From contig CAVSPA010000007.1 of the NCBI GenBank assembly GCA_963729715.1, positions 320,001-384,000 of the forward strand: DNA of 64,000 bases, given 5' to 3'. A program made the translations under genes and the position numbers. How positions within the stretch are numbered: position 1 is the first letter of the stretch; each line of letters starts with the position of its first letter. The DNA comes from an uncultured delta proteobacterium (GTDB taxonomy: Bacteria > Desulfobacterota > Syntrophia > Syntrophales > UBA2185). Positions 50,173-60,076 of the stretch are shown one piece after another. Below the pieces are notes generated by a model. That model saw only the letters and a list, made by a program, of their open reading frames with translations. It was not told where the DNA came from and searched no databases.

Positions 50173-50622
50173 ATGACTTTTCGCACAAACCAGGAAATAC
50201 ATCCATATCACGTAGCCCCTCCGCGGACACTGAAGGAATCTGCGGACGAGCAAATCTCGGCGGTCTGCTCGAAAATATTGCAGGAAACGGAAAAAGAAGA
50301 AAAAGAAGAGTCAATCATTTGCAAGAACTGCAGAAACGAGATCACAGCCGTCGGATATAGCATTGCCGTAAACGGTCAGCATGCACATATATTTAAAAAT
50401 CCTCTCGGCATTACCTTCCATGTCGGCTGCTTTTCCAAGGCATGGGGCTGTTTCATCTACGGCATCCCCACATGTGAGGCAACGTGGTTTTCCGGATTCA
50501 CTTGGTGCGTCGCTGTGTGTGCAAATTGCTTTACTCACTTAGGCTGGCATTACCAGTCCGGCAGGGAAAGTTTTTATGGTCTGATCATGGCCAACCTGCT
50601 TACGAATCACAAAATTCACTGA
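50173..50622 (+). CDS. Cereblon (CULT / thalidomide-binding domain) family protein
   Basis: CKNC...NP.G..F..GCF...TWFSGFTW....CANC..HLGWHY...FYGL. Confidence 0.88.
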   Translation: MTFRTNQEIHPYHVAPPRTLKESADEQISAVCSKILQETEKEEKEESIICKNCRNEITAVGYSIAVNGQHAHIFKNPLGITFHVGCFSKAWGCFIYGIPTCEATWFSGFTWCVAVCANCFTHLGWHYQSGRESFYGLIMANLLTNHKIH

Positions 50623-50666
50623 AGGCTGAAATACATGGTCGCCAATGGGCAACGCCGCATAGCCGC

Positions 50667-52694
50667 CTACGACGGCTGCATAAAGATGCGGGCATCCACG
50701 ACGAGGACACCCTGTTCATAGACGAGCACAGGGTTCAGATCAATCTGATCAATTTCCGCATTATCAATTGCCAGCTTGGATACACCCTTCATGACTTCTA
50801 TCAGCTTCTTTACGTCTTTCGGCCGTCGGCCCCGGACACCGGCAAGCAGAGGATATCCGGTAATGGTCTCGATCGTCTGCCGCAGTTCTGCATTTGAAGC
50901 AGGGAGCAGGCAGAACTGTACATCCCTATAAATTTCCGTGAAGATTCCCCCCAGGCCGAACATCAAAATGGGCCCATACTGGGGATCCCTGAAAATACCT
51001 ACAATGACGTCCTGGCCGCCTGCTTCGGCCATGGGTGATACGGTTACCCCCTCGATCAGGGCACCGGGTGCGTGAACGGCGGCGCTTGCCATGATTTCGT
51101 GATAGGCGGTGCGTATTTCCTTATCGGTGGATAGATTAAGGCGTATGCCGTCAACGTCACTCTTATGGGCTATGTCCGGCGAGGCCACCTTGAGGACCAC
51201 GGGAGTGGCGAACGTGCGGGCCAACGCTGTGGCCTCCTCGGGTGATTTTGCGAGTTTCGCGGCAGCCACGGGAATGCCGGCCTCATCGAGCAGCGTCACT
51301 GTCTCATTTGCACCCATCAATTGCAGGCCTGAGGTTGACGTTTGAGATGAAGAGGGAATAACGGCGCGGCTGTCGAACCGGAAGAACTGATACAAGGCCT
51401 TGAGGCCGCGTTCCGGCGTGGGGAATACCGGTATGCCCCGCTGGTGGATTAGAACGCGCTCCTCTCTTTCGACATCGGCGCCGCCCAAGAAGACAACCAC
51501 CTCTGAGGCGCCCGGAGTGACAATTTTAGATGCGCCGGCAATCGGGTCGCCAAAGACTATGACCATAGTGTCATAGTCGCCTTTTGCCGCATCGATCACT
51601 TTACTGTACAGCGTCGGATCACCGATCACGTCTCCCGTAAGGTCGATGGGGTTATCAATCGAACAGTGCGCCGGTAATATTGCACGCAACCGTTCCCTCA
51701 ATGCGGCTGTAGGTCGCGGCGATTCGAACCCGAGCTTTTCCGCCTGATCTATGGCCAGAATGGCGGAGCCTCCCGAGCTGGTGATATTGAGCAGGCGCTT
51801 TCCCGGAGGCTTGGACATATAGGCTAATGCCTTGGCGTAGTCGTAGAGTTCTTCTATGGTATCGGCTCGGTGGATTCGGTATTTCCTGAAGATGGCGTCG
51901 TAAACAGCATCCACTCCCGCCATTGACTTGGTGTGCGATTCTGCCGCAACACGGCCCCGCGGCGTGCGGCCGGATTTTAAAATAACGACGGGTTTCGTGG
52001 CCGCGGCCAGCGCTTCTTGAAATTCAACGGGCCGTTTGACGCCTTCCACATAGAGGGCGATCACCTTGGTATTGGGATCATTGCTAAAATACTGGATGCA
52101 ATCTGTTTCATCGACGTCGGCGCGATTGCCGAGACTTACGAAGGCGCTTACCCCGAGGTGCTCCTCGCTCGCCCAGTCCATGAGCGCCGCCCCGACCGTA
52201 CCGCTCTGGGAGATAAATGCCATGTGGCCCTTCCTGGTAAGGAGCGGCCATGACGCGCAGAGATTTTGATGAGGATTATTCACTCCCTGACAGTTGGGAC
52301 CCATCACCCGGATGCCGTGGCGGCGCGCGGTATTAGCCAGCTCTACCTGAAGTTTTTCACCTGCTTCTCCCGCTTCCGCAAACCCGCCCGTAATGACTAC
52401 CGCGGCCTTAACCCCCGCCATGCCGCACTGGTCGATTGCACTGGGCACCGCCTTTGCCGGAATGATCACCACCGCAAGATCCGGCGCGGGCGAAATATCG
52501 CCGATCTGCTTGTATGCAGGCCGCCCCAGAATCTGATCCGCTTTCGGGTTGACAGGATATATCGGACCGGCAAAATCGGCGTGGATCAGGTTGTAGACAA
52601 CGTCATAACCAAGTTTGCCCGGAGCAGGTGAAGCTCCGATTACCGCAACACTCTTAGGTTTAAAGATGGCATCCAGTTGATTTATCAGCTGCAT
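50667..52694 (-). CDS. ADP-forming acyl-CoA synthetase (acetate--CoA ligase family), alpha-beta order
   Basis: VIGAS..PGKLG, GPNCQG, SQSG, SHT phospho-His, NPIDLTG, HKSDV, DLNP. Confidence 0.92.
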   Translation of the reverse strand: MQLINQLDAIFKPKSVAVIGASPAPGKLGYDVVYNLIHADFAGPIYPVNPKADQILGRPAYKQIGDISPAPDLAVVIIPAKAVPSAIDQCGMAGVKAAVVITGGFAEAGEAGEKLQVELANTARRHGIRVMGPNCQGVNNPHQNLCASWPLLTRKGHMAFISQSGTVGAALMDWASEEHLGVSAFVSLGNRADVDETDCIQYFSNDPNTKVIALYVEGVKRPVEFQEALAAATKPVVILKSGRTPRGRVAAESHTKSMAGVDAVYDAIFRKYRIHRADTIEELYDYAKALAYMSKPPGKRLLNITSSGGSAILAIDQAEKLGFESPRPTAALRERLRAILPAHCSIDNPIDLTGDVIGDPTLYSKVIDAAKGDYDTMVIVFGDPIAGASKIVTPGASEVVVFLGGADVEREERVLIHQRGIPVFPTPERGLKALYQFFRFDSRAVIPSSSQTSTSGLQLMGANETVTLLDEAGIPVAAAKLAKSPEEATALARTFATPVVLKVASPDIAHKSDVDGIRLNLSTDKEIRTAYHEIMASAAVHAPGALIEGVTVSPMAEAGGQDVIVGIFRDPQYGPILMFGLGGIFTEIYRDVQFCLLPASNAELRQTIETITGYPLLAGVRGRRPKDVKKLIEVMKGVSKLAIDNAEIDQIDLNPVLVYEQGVLVVDARIFMQPS

Positions 52695-52784
52695 GGGTCC
52701 TCCTTGTCGCTCTTGGTTAAGAAGAAATGAAGGGTGTTAAGCGGAAAAGGTATAAGAGTATAAGAAAAATGTATATACGTGTCA

Positions 52785-52817
52785 ATTGGAAAGACATTGG
52801 AAAGACATTGGAAAGAC
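52785..52817. repeat. 11-bp tandem repeat x3
   Basis: ATTGGAAAGAC repeated three times, upstream of the acyl-CoA synthetase. Confidence 0.85.
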
Positions 52818-52883
52818 GAAGCCTGGACGCAGTGCAGTACGGTAGTCCTGCTGGTATGGCCGATCCCACGGTCTGCACTACTT

Positions 52884-53519
52884 TTATGATGTTATTGCCG
52901 GAAAATACCCCGCAATCTCGTGAAGAAACTGTTCACGATCCATGTAACGGATAACCCGCAACCCCACCTGTTCAGCCCTTTCGCAGTTTCCTCCGTCATC
53001 GTCAACAAAGAGTACTTTATGGGCCTCAGTTCCTAACACACGGACCACGTCCTCAAAATGGCTCGGGTCCTTCTTGCTTTTTCCCATATGATAACTGTTG
53101 AAAACATAATCGAACAGCCTAAAAAAGTCATGATGGGCGTCAAGTTCATCAAGCCAGTTGGTCTGGTCGCTGAGCATACCGACACGCAGTTTAATGTCCT
53201 TGAGTCTTTTCACTGTGTCGATCATCCATTTTCTCATTATGAATCGAGACAGTATTTCATTTCTCAGGTGTTGATCATCACCCTGGATGCCGGTAGTCCT
53301 TCTCAATATTTCCCAATAGGCGCTCTCGGAAGCCTTGCCGATAACGTAGCCACAGGCATGGATCACATCGTTGGCAGTCCTGACAAAAGTCTCTACGTCG
53401 AGTCCGTTTGAGTTCGCAATTGCCCGGAGGCCGTTCCTGAAGCCTTCCTCAGAGAGAACCCCTCCAAAATCAAACAGCACTGCTTCAATACCGTCGGTTT
53501 CACGAAATGTATTTTCCAT
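52884..53519 (-). CDS. HAD family phosphatase
   Basis: FDFGGVL, LSD, K.DP..F, FVDD. Confidence 0.88.
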   Translation of the reverse strand: MENTFRETDGIEAVLFDFGGVLSEEGFRNGLRAIANSNGLDVETFVRTANDVIHACGYVIGKASESAYWEILRRTTGIQGDDQHLRNEILSRFIMRKWMIDTVKRLKDIKLRVGMLSDQTNWLDELDAHHDFFRLFDYVFNSYHMGKSKKDPSHFEDVVRVLGTEAHKVLFVDDDGGNCERAEQVGLRVIRYMDREQFLHEIAGYFPAITS

Positions 53520-53639
53520 ATGATAAATTCAAGAAATCGATTGAGTTCAATGCAATTGATTATTACAATAATCCAAAAAGAATGATACAAAAATCCGACA
53601 AGGGCAATTAATTTTTCTAATCCTCATTTTTTTCTGCGC

Positions 53640-54839
53640 ATGAACAGTCAGATCAGATTCGTCATCTATGTATGTGTGGCCGAAATATTCTCCATGGCCG
53701 GGACGATGTACTTCCCTGCCCTTCTTCCCGGCTTTCAGGCCGAGTGGGGTCTCAGCAATACCGAGGCCGGTTGGATCAACGGCATCTTCTATGGAGGATA
53801 CGCGGCCTTTGTACCCATCCTTGTGAGTCTCACCGACAGGATTGACCCGCGCCGCATCTATCTCTACTCGGCCGTTTTCGGCGCAGCCTCGATGGCGGGC
53901 TTCGGGTGGCTTGCCGAGGGCACCCTGACGGCAATGTTATTCAGATTTTGCGCGGGTGTCAGCCTGGCCGGCACGTACATGCCGGGGTTGAAGGCGCTTA
54001 GCGATCACATCACAGGCAAAACTCAGAGCAGGTCCATCGCCTTTTACACATCTTCGTATGGCATCGGCACGGCCATATCGGTGTTTCTGTCCGGATGGCT
54101 GGTGACCTGGCTTGACTGGCGCTGGACGGCTGTGATACTGGCATTAGGCTGCCTCGGAGCCGTATTGATCTTTGCTCTTGCCGTTGAAGCAAAGACGCCT
54201 GATCTTCCGCTGAAAGAACCCCTCCTTTCATCCTTTAATTTTCGCGGAGCCCTCCAGAACCGTTCGACCGTGGGCTACATGTGCGGTTATGCGGTTCACT
54301 GTTGGGAGCTCTTCGGGTTTCGTACATGGCTCGTCGCCTTTCTGGCTTTCAGCATAAGCCTGCAGACTGCGCGCGAATATCATATCACTCCGCAAAACCT
54401 GGCCACGATCGTTCTTTTCGCAGGCGTGCCTGCCAGTGTCCTAGGCAATGAACTGGCGCTGATTTCGGAACGCAGGCGCGTCATCACCATTTTTATGCTT
54501 GCCGCCGGCCTCATCGGGTGTGCCATAGGTTTTACCGCCGCTCTCCCCTTTATCATGGTCGCGGGACTCTGCCTCCTCTATGGGATTGCCATGATGCTCG
54601 ACAGCGCTGCGCTGACAGCCGGTGTGGTAGCAGCCGCACATGACTCTGAACGCGGCAGGACCTTGGCGCTCTATGCGTTTGTCGGATTCGGTATGGCCTT
54701 TCTTGCACCTCTCGCCATCGGTCTTGTACTCGATGTCTCCGGCAGCGGAATATGCGGATGGGGATTTGCCTTTGCCATACTCGGATTGGTTTCCATGACC
54801 GGACCCATCTGGCTCAAACTGTTTCGCGACAATACCTGA
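53640..54839 (+). CDS. MFS transporter
   Basis: L.DRIDPRR, LAGTYMPG.K, WELFG, about 12 TM segments. Confidence 0.88.
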   Translation: MNSQIRFVIYVCVAEIFSMAGTMYFPALLPGFQAEWGLSNTEAGWINGIFYGGYAAFVPILVSLTDRIDPRRIYLYSAVFGAASMAGFGWLAEGTLTAMLFRFCAGVSLAGTYMPGLKALSDHITGKTQSRSIAFYTSSYGIGTAISVFLSGWLVTWLDWRWTAVILALGCLGAVLIFALAVEAKTPDLPLKEPLLSSFNFRGALQNRSTVGYMCGYAVHCWELFGFRTWLVAFLAFSISLQTAREYHITPQNLATIVLFAGVPASVLGNELALISERRRVITIFMLAAGLIGCAIGFTAALPFIMVAGLCLLYGIAMMLDSAALTAGVVAAAHDSERGRTLALYAFVGFGMAFLAPLAIGLVLDVSGSGICGWGFAFAILGLVSMTGPIWLKLFRDNT

Positions 54840-54899
54840 TGTTTCGTTCCCTTTTGCGGGAACAACCCTCATTGAAATCTTAAAAAGGAGATTCGCACC

Positions 54900-55319
54900 A
54901 TGAAGTCCTATCGTGAGGAATTATGGTTTAACACCCCCGGCAGGAGGGCATTCGTCAATATTACACCTCAAGTAGTACAGTGCCTCAAGAAGAGCGGGAT
55001 CAAAGAAGGTCTGGCGCTGGTGAATGCGATGCACATCACGGCTTCCGTTTTCATCAACGATGACGAGTCGGGTCTGCATGAGGACTATGATCAATGGCTG
55101 GAGAAGCTGGCGCCCCATGAACCCGTATCGCATTACCGTCACAATCGTACCGGTGAGGACAACGGGGATGCCCACTTGAAGCGTCAAATCATGGGAAGGG
55201 AAGTAGTCGTTGCGATTACAAACGGCAGGCTCGATTTCGGCCCGTGGGAGCAGATTTTTTACGGAGAATTTGACGGCAGGAGAAGGAAAAGGGCTCTCGT
55301 AAAAATCATCGGTGAGTAG
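54900..55319 (+). CDS. yjbQ: YjbQ / UPF0047 family protein
   Basis: MHITAS..IN, EDN.DAHLK, G.WEQIFY.EFDG.R. Confidence 0.9.
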   Translation: MKSYREELWFNTPGRRAFVNITPQVVQCLKKSGIKEGLALVNAMHITASVFINDDESGLHEDYDQWLEKLAPHEPVSHYRHNRTGEDNGDAHLKRQIMGREVVVAITNGRLDFGPWEQIFYGEFDGRRRKRALVKIIGE

Positions 55320-55353
55320 ACAACTCTTGCGATGCGAGCAAGCAGGCGCCCGG

Positions 55354-56850
55354 TTAATTGCGCTTATTATTATCGCTGCTGTTGAGATCCTTGTTCGACG
55401 GGAGCGAGGAGGAATTCCAACCGCCGCCGATCGCTCTGATCAGGAGAACGCTCGCGGCCATCCGACGGCCGAGAATATTGATGGCGGTTATTTCGTTTGC
55501 AAGCAGGATAGTTTGCACAGTCACCACGTCGAGGTAGCTGATTGTTCCGGCCCTGTACTGGTTCATGCTAAACTCGAGGGATCGTCGCGCGGCGCTTACC
55601 GCTTCGCCCTGGATGCGAGATTCTTCCTCCAGTATCCGGAGGGCAGCGAGATTATCTTCCACTTCCTGAAATCCCCCGAGCACGGTTTGACGATAGGACG
55701 CCACCGTTGCGTCATATGCTGCCCGTGCCTGGTCCGTGAGGGCGCTGCGCAGGCCTGCATCGAATACGGTCTCCGTCAGGGCCAGTCCGACTGACCAGAG
55801 ACGGCTTGGCCAGGACAGCCAGTCCGACAGATGCGAGGATTCAAACCCGCCGGTTGCATTCAAGATAACATTCGGGAAATAGGCCGCCTTGGCAACCCCG
55901 ATCTGGGCATTTGCCGCCGCTAAGCGCCGTTCCGCACCGGCAATGTCAGGCCTTCGTTCAAGGAGTTCCGAAGGAATACCAAAAGGTACGGCGACCGGCG
56001 TCGCAGCGAGGGGCGTTGCCGGAATGGATAAAACAGACGGCGCTTTGCCGACGAGGAGCGCGATCGCGTGCTCCAGTTGGGAGCGCTGCACCCCCACATC
56101 TATCGCCTGCGCCTGCGTGGTTTTGAGCTGGGTTTCGGCCTGAAGGACGTCGGCCCTGGATGACACACCGCTGACGTAGCGCCTATTGGTCAGTTCCAGA
56201 GTTTTCTGGAAGGCGGCCACCGTGGCATTGAGAAGCTTCTTTTGAGCGTCGAGTGAGCAAAGCTGGAAATAGTTTTGTGCCAGTGCCGCCTGGGTGCTGA
56301 GGCGGATCGATTCGAGGTCCGCTGCGCTTGCCTGGGCGCCCGCCTGGCTTGCCTCGACAGTACGACGGACCTTGCCCCAGACATCCGGCTCCCACGAGGC
56401 CGTCCCTGTCAACAGCAGGTCGGAAACCTGGTTCGTCGCACCGAGAGAGTTAGGGGCATTAGCTGATCCGAGAGAACGTGTGGCCTGGGCTCCCATTGCG
56501 ACATTGGGAAAATAGCCTGCACGGGCAGCCTGCACGGCCGCACGCGCCTGACGGAACTGTGCTTCCGCCGCAGCAACATTCTGATTCGATATATTCACCT
56601 GCTCTTCTAGCGCGTCAAGCTGATGATCTTGAAATATCTTCCACCAAGCTCCGCGAACGACGGCCTCCTGAGGCTGTGCCACCTTCCACTCCGCGCCTTC
56701 CTTGTAGGCAGCGGGCACTTCGTCTTCCGGTTTCACATAGTCGGGTCCGACCGCACAGCCCGTAAAAATGACAAGCATCCCGGCAACGGCGGCAATTGCA
56801 AGGCTGCGCGGCTTTATCCATTCTCGATAACCTGCTTTAGCACGAATCAT
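55354..56850 (-). CDS. RND outer-membrane factor lipoprotein (NodT family)
   Basis: Lipobox TGC-AVGPDY, WW..F.D..L, PS.LLERRPDI..AER, GGGW. Confidence 0.92.
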   Translation of the reverse strand: MIRAKAGYREWIKPRSLAIAAVAGMLVIFTGCAVGPDYVKPEDEVPAAYKEGAEWKVAQPQEAVVRGAWWKIFQDHQLDALEEQVNISNQNVAAAEAQFRQARAAVQAARAGYFPNVAMGAQATRSLGSANAPNSLGATNQVSDLLLTGTASWEPDVWGKVRRTVEASQAGAQASAADLESIRLSTQAALAQNYFQLCSLDAQKKLLNATVAAFQKTLELTNRRYVSGVSSRADVLQAETQLKTTQAQAIDVGVQRSQLEHAIALLVGKAPSVLSIPATPLAATPVAVPFGIPSELLERRPDIAGAERRLAAANAQIGVAKAAYFPNVILNATGGFESSHLSDWLSWPSRLWSVGLALTETVFDAGLRSALTDQARAAYDATVASYRQTVLGGFQEVEDNLAALRILEEESRIQGEAVSAARRSLEFSMNQYRAGTISYLDVVTVQTILLANEITAINILGRRMAASVLLIRAIGGGWNSSSLPSNKDLNSSDNNKRN

Positions 56851-56935
56851 ATGTTATTCCTTCTGGCGGTTCATCTTACCAAGATGGACTCCCGCAAACA
56901 ACGAATTTTTTACGCATGCTGCCTGCCGAATCCGA

Positions 56936-59900
56936 TCACCGCACATCCGACGCCCCCGCAGGCACATTATGTAGAGCCGCCCGCTTCCTCTCCGTCTTTC
57001 TTCTTTCCAGGCGGAGCCGCAGGCGGTCAAGATATAGATATACCACCGGAGTTGTGTAGAGCGTAAGCATCTGGCTGAAGATCAACCCGCCGACGATGGC
57101 GATACCGAGGGGACGTCGGAGCTCGGACCCGACGCCGAACCCAATGGCCAGGGGCAGCGCCCCGAGGAGCGCCGCCATGGTTGTCATCATAATCGGCCGG
57201 AACCGCAGCAGACATGCTTGATAGATTGCTTCTTCCGGACTTTTCCCTTCATTGCGTTCCGCCGCCAGGGCGAAGTCTACCATCATGATGCCGTTTTTCT
57301 TTACGATGCCGATGAGCAGGACAAGTCCGATCAGGGCTATGATGGTAAGCTCTGTGCCTGAGATCAGCAAGGCTACGAATGCCCCGACACCTGCCGATGG
57401 CAGCGTGGAGAGTATGGTAAGCGGATGGATGTAGCTCTCATACAACACGCCGAGGACGATGTAGACCGCTACCAGCGCGGCAAGGATCAGGAGAGGCTGG
57501 TTGGCGAGGGACGCCTGAAAGATCTGGGCCGTCCCCTGAAAGCTGCCGTGAATGCTCGCAGGCAATCCCATCTTCCGGGTGGCGGATTCGATCGCTTTCA
57601 CTGCATCACCCAAGGCCAGCCCCGGCGCGAGGTTGAATGATAGCGTCACCGCGGGGAATTGTCCCTGGTGGCTCACTGCGAGCGCCGTCTGCGTCATGTC
57701 GTAATGGGTGAAGGCGCTCAAGGGAACAAGCGCCCCGGTCGATGACGGCGCATAGATATAGCGGAGCGTCTCCGGACGTTGCCAGAAGCTGGGTTCCACT
57801 TCCATCACCACATGGTACTGATTCAACGGCGTATACATGATCGATACCTGCCTCTGGCCGAAGGCGCTGTAAAGCGTATCATCGATCACCTGCGGGCTGA
57901 CGCCGAGGCGTGACGCCGTGGCGCGATCGATAACAAGCGACGCTTGAAGCCCTTTGTTCTGCTGGTCACTGCTCACGTCGACAATGCCCGGAACATCGCG
58001 CAATCGCTGTTCTATAAGGGGGCACCATGTCATGAGATCAATCAGGTTTTCCCCCTGGAGCGTGTATTGGTATTGGCCTCCGCCCATCCGCCCCCCCGCG
58101 CGCACATCCTGTACGGCCTGGAGATATGCAGGAGCTCCGGGAACGCTGCTGATTTTCTTGCGAAGTCTGCCGATTACCTGGTCGGCGCTGAGCTTCCTCT
58201 CCTCTATGGGTTTCAGGGCGATGAACATTCGTCCTGTATTAGTCGTCGCACGCCCGCCGGAGCCGCCGGTGAATGCGACAACCGTGTCCACAGAGGGATC
58301 TTTCCCGATGATGTCGACAATCGCCGCCATTTTCCCCCTCATCGATTGGAACGATATGTCCTGTGCCGCGAGTATTGTGCCTGTCAGGCGGCCCGTATCC
58401 TGCTGAGGGAAGAATCCTTTCGGGACGATGACAAACAGCACTATACTGATCACGATTGTGGAGAGCATCAGGGAAAGCATGAGTCGCGGGTGTTTTAGCG
58501 CCCACGACAGGCTTCTCTCGTAACCCTGATGCATCCCGTCAAACAGACGCCCGCTTAAATTAAACAGTCGTCCGTGTGTCCGGACCTTTTCCGTTTTCAG
58601 AAAGTAGGCGCACATCATCGGCGTGGTTGTAAGCGAAACCACGAGAGACACCATGATGGCGGCGGAAAGCGTCACGGCGAATTCGCGGAAGAGCCGGCCC
58701 AGCATCCCTCCCATGAGCAGGATGGGGATAAACACTGCCACGAGGGAAACGCTGATCGAAAGGACAGTGAAGCCGATCTCCCGTGCACCGAGCAAGGCGG
58801 CCTGATGGGAAGGAACGCCTTTTTCCAGATGACGGGTGATGTTTTCGAGGACGACAATCGCGTCGTCCACGACAAAACCCGTGGCAATTGTAAGCGCCAT
58901 AAGGGAGAGGTTATCGAGGCTGTAGCCGCAGAGGTACATGACTCCAAAGGTGGTGATGAGCGACACGGGTACGGCAATACTCGGTATGAGGGCGCTTCGC
59001 GCATGCCGCAAGAACGCAAAGACCACCAGGATCACGAGTATGCCGGAAATGACGAGTGTGCGCTCTACGTCCTTCAAAGAGGCGCGGATCGTTGTTGTCC
59101 GGTCGAGAACGACGGAGAGGTTGATTGCTCCGGGGATGGACGCTTCAAGCTGCGGCAAGAGTTCAACGACGCGGTCCACGGTCTCGATGATATTTGCCCC
59201 CGGCTGACGGAACAAGATAACCATCACGGCGGGTTTGCCGTTTACCAGACCCGCATTGCGTATATCCTCAACCGAATCCTGCACGTCGGCAACATCAGAC
59301 AGCCTTACCGCCGCCCCCGACTGGAAGGCGACGATGATCGGACGGTACAGTTCCGCCTTGTACATCTGATCGTTCGTTTTGATCTCCCATGTCTTCTCGC
59401 CGTTTGCCAGTTGTCCCTTGGGCCGGTTCACGTTGGTGTTGGCAAGGGCGGTCTGCACATCGCTAAGGCCGATTCCGTACTTGCTCAGTGACAGGGGATT
59501 CAACTCCACGCGCACCGCCGGCAATGAACCGCCGCCGACTATTACCTGTCCGACGCCTTCCACCTGAGAGATCTTTTGCTGGAGGATGGTTGACGCCGCG
59601 TCATACATCTGTGCCCTTCCGACCGTATCAGAGGTGAGGGCCAGGATAAGTATAGGCGCCTCGGCCGGATTTACCTTGCGATAGGTCGGGTTCGAAGGAA
59701 GCGCCGCCGGCAGGTAGGATCGGGCGGCATTGATTGCCGCCTGGACGTCACGGGCCGCTCCATCGATGTTGCGGTCCAGGTCGAACTGCAGGACGATCGA
59801 CGTAGACCCGAGGTAACTGGTAGACGTCATCTCGGCGACGCCCGCAATATGTGCAAACTGCCGCTCCAGCGGCGCCGCCACCGACGTTGCCATTGTCTCC

Positions 59901-60076
59901 GGACTCGCCCCCGGCAGGACAGCAGATACGGAGATCGTCGGATAGTCCACCTGTGGCAAAGGAGACAAAGGAAGCAAACGAACTGCGATCAGCCCGGCGA
60001 GAACCATTCCTATGGTGAGAAGGGTCGTCGCCACGGGCCTCCTGATGAAAGGGGCTGAGAAATTCGCGCCGATCAT
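56936..60076 (-). CDS. mdtC: RND efflux permease MdtC-like
   Basis: [36 protein letters not shown]. Confidence 0.9.
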   Translation of the reverse strand: MIGANFSAPFIRRPVATTLLTIGMVLAGLIAVRLLPLSPLPQVDYPTISVSAVLPGASPETMATSVAAPLERQFAHIAGVAEMTSTSYLGSTSIVLQFDLDRNIDGAARDVQAAINAARSYLPAALPSNPTYRKVNPAEAPILILALTSDTVGRAQMYDAASTILQQKISQVEGVGQVIVGGGSLPAVRVELNPLSLSKYGIGLSDVQTALANTNVNRPKGQLANGEKTWEIKTNDQMYKAELYRPIIVAFQSGAAVRLSDVADVQDSVEDIRNAGLVNGKPAVMVILFRQPGANIIETVDRVVELLPQLEASIPGAINLSVVLDRTTTIRASLKDVERTLVISGILVILVVFAFLRHARSALIPSIAVPVSLITTFGVMYLCGYSLDNLSLMALTIATGFVVDDAIVVLENITRHLEKGVPSHQAALLGAREIGFTVLSISVSLVAVFIPILLMGGMLGRLFREFAVTLSAAIMVSLVVSLTTTPMMCAYFLKTEKVRTHGRLFNLSGRLFDGMHQGYERSLSWALKHPRLMLSLMLSTIVISIVLFVIVPKGFFPQQDTGRLTGTILAAQDISFQSMRGKMAAIVDIIGKDPSVDTVVAFTGGSGGRATTNTGRMFIALKPIEERKLSADQVIGRLRKKISSVPGAPAYLQAVQDVRAGGRMGGGQYQYTLQGENLIDLMTWCPLIEQRLRDVPGIVDVSSDQQNKGLQASLVIDRATASRLGVSPQVIDDTLYSAFGQRQVSIMYTPLNQYHVVMEVEPSFWQRPETLRYIYAPSSTGALVPLSAFTHYDMTQTALAVSHQGQFPAVTLSFNLAPGLALGDAVKAIESATRKMGLPASIHGSFQGTAQIFQASLANQPLLILAALVAVYIVLGVLYESYIHPLTILSTLPSAGVGAFVALLISGTELTIIALIGLVLLIGIVKKNGIMMVDFALAAERNEGKSPEEAIYQACLLRFRPIMMTTMAALLGALPLAIGFGVGSELRRPLGIAIVGGLIFSQMLTLYTTPVVYLYLDRLRLRLERRKTERKRAALHNVPAGASDVR

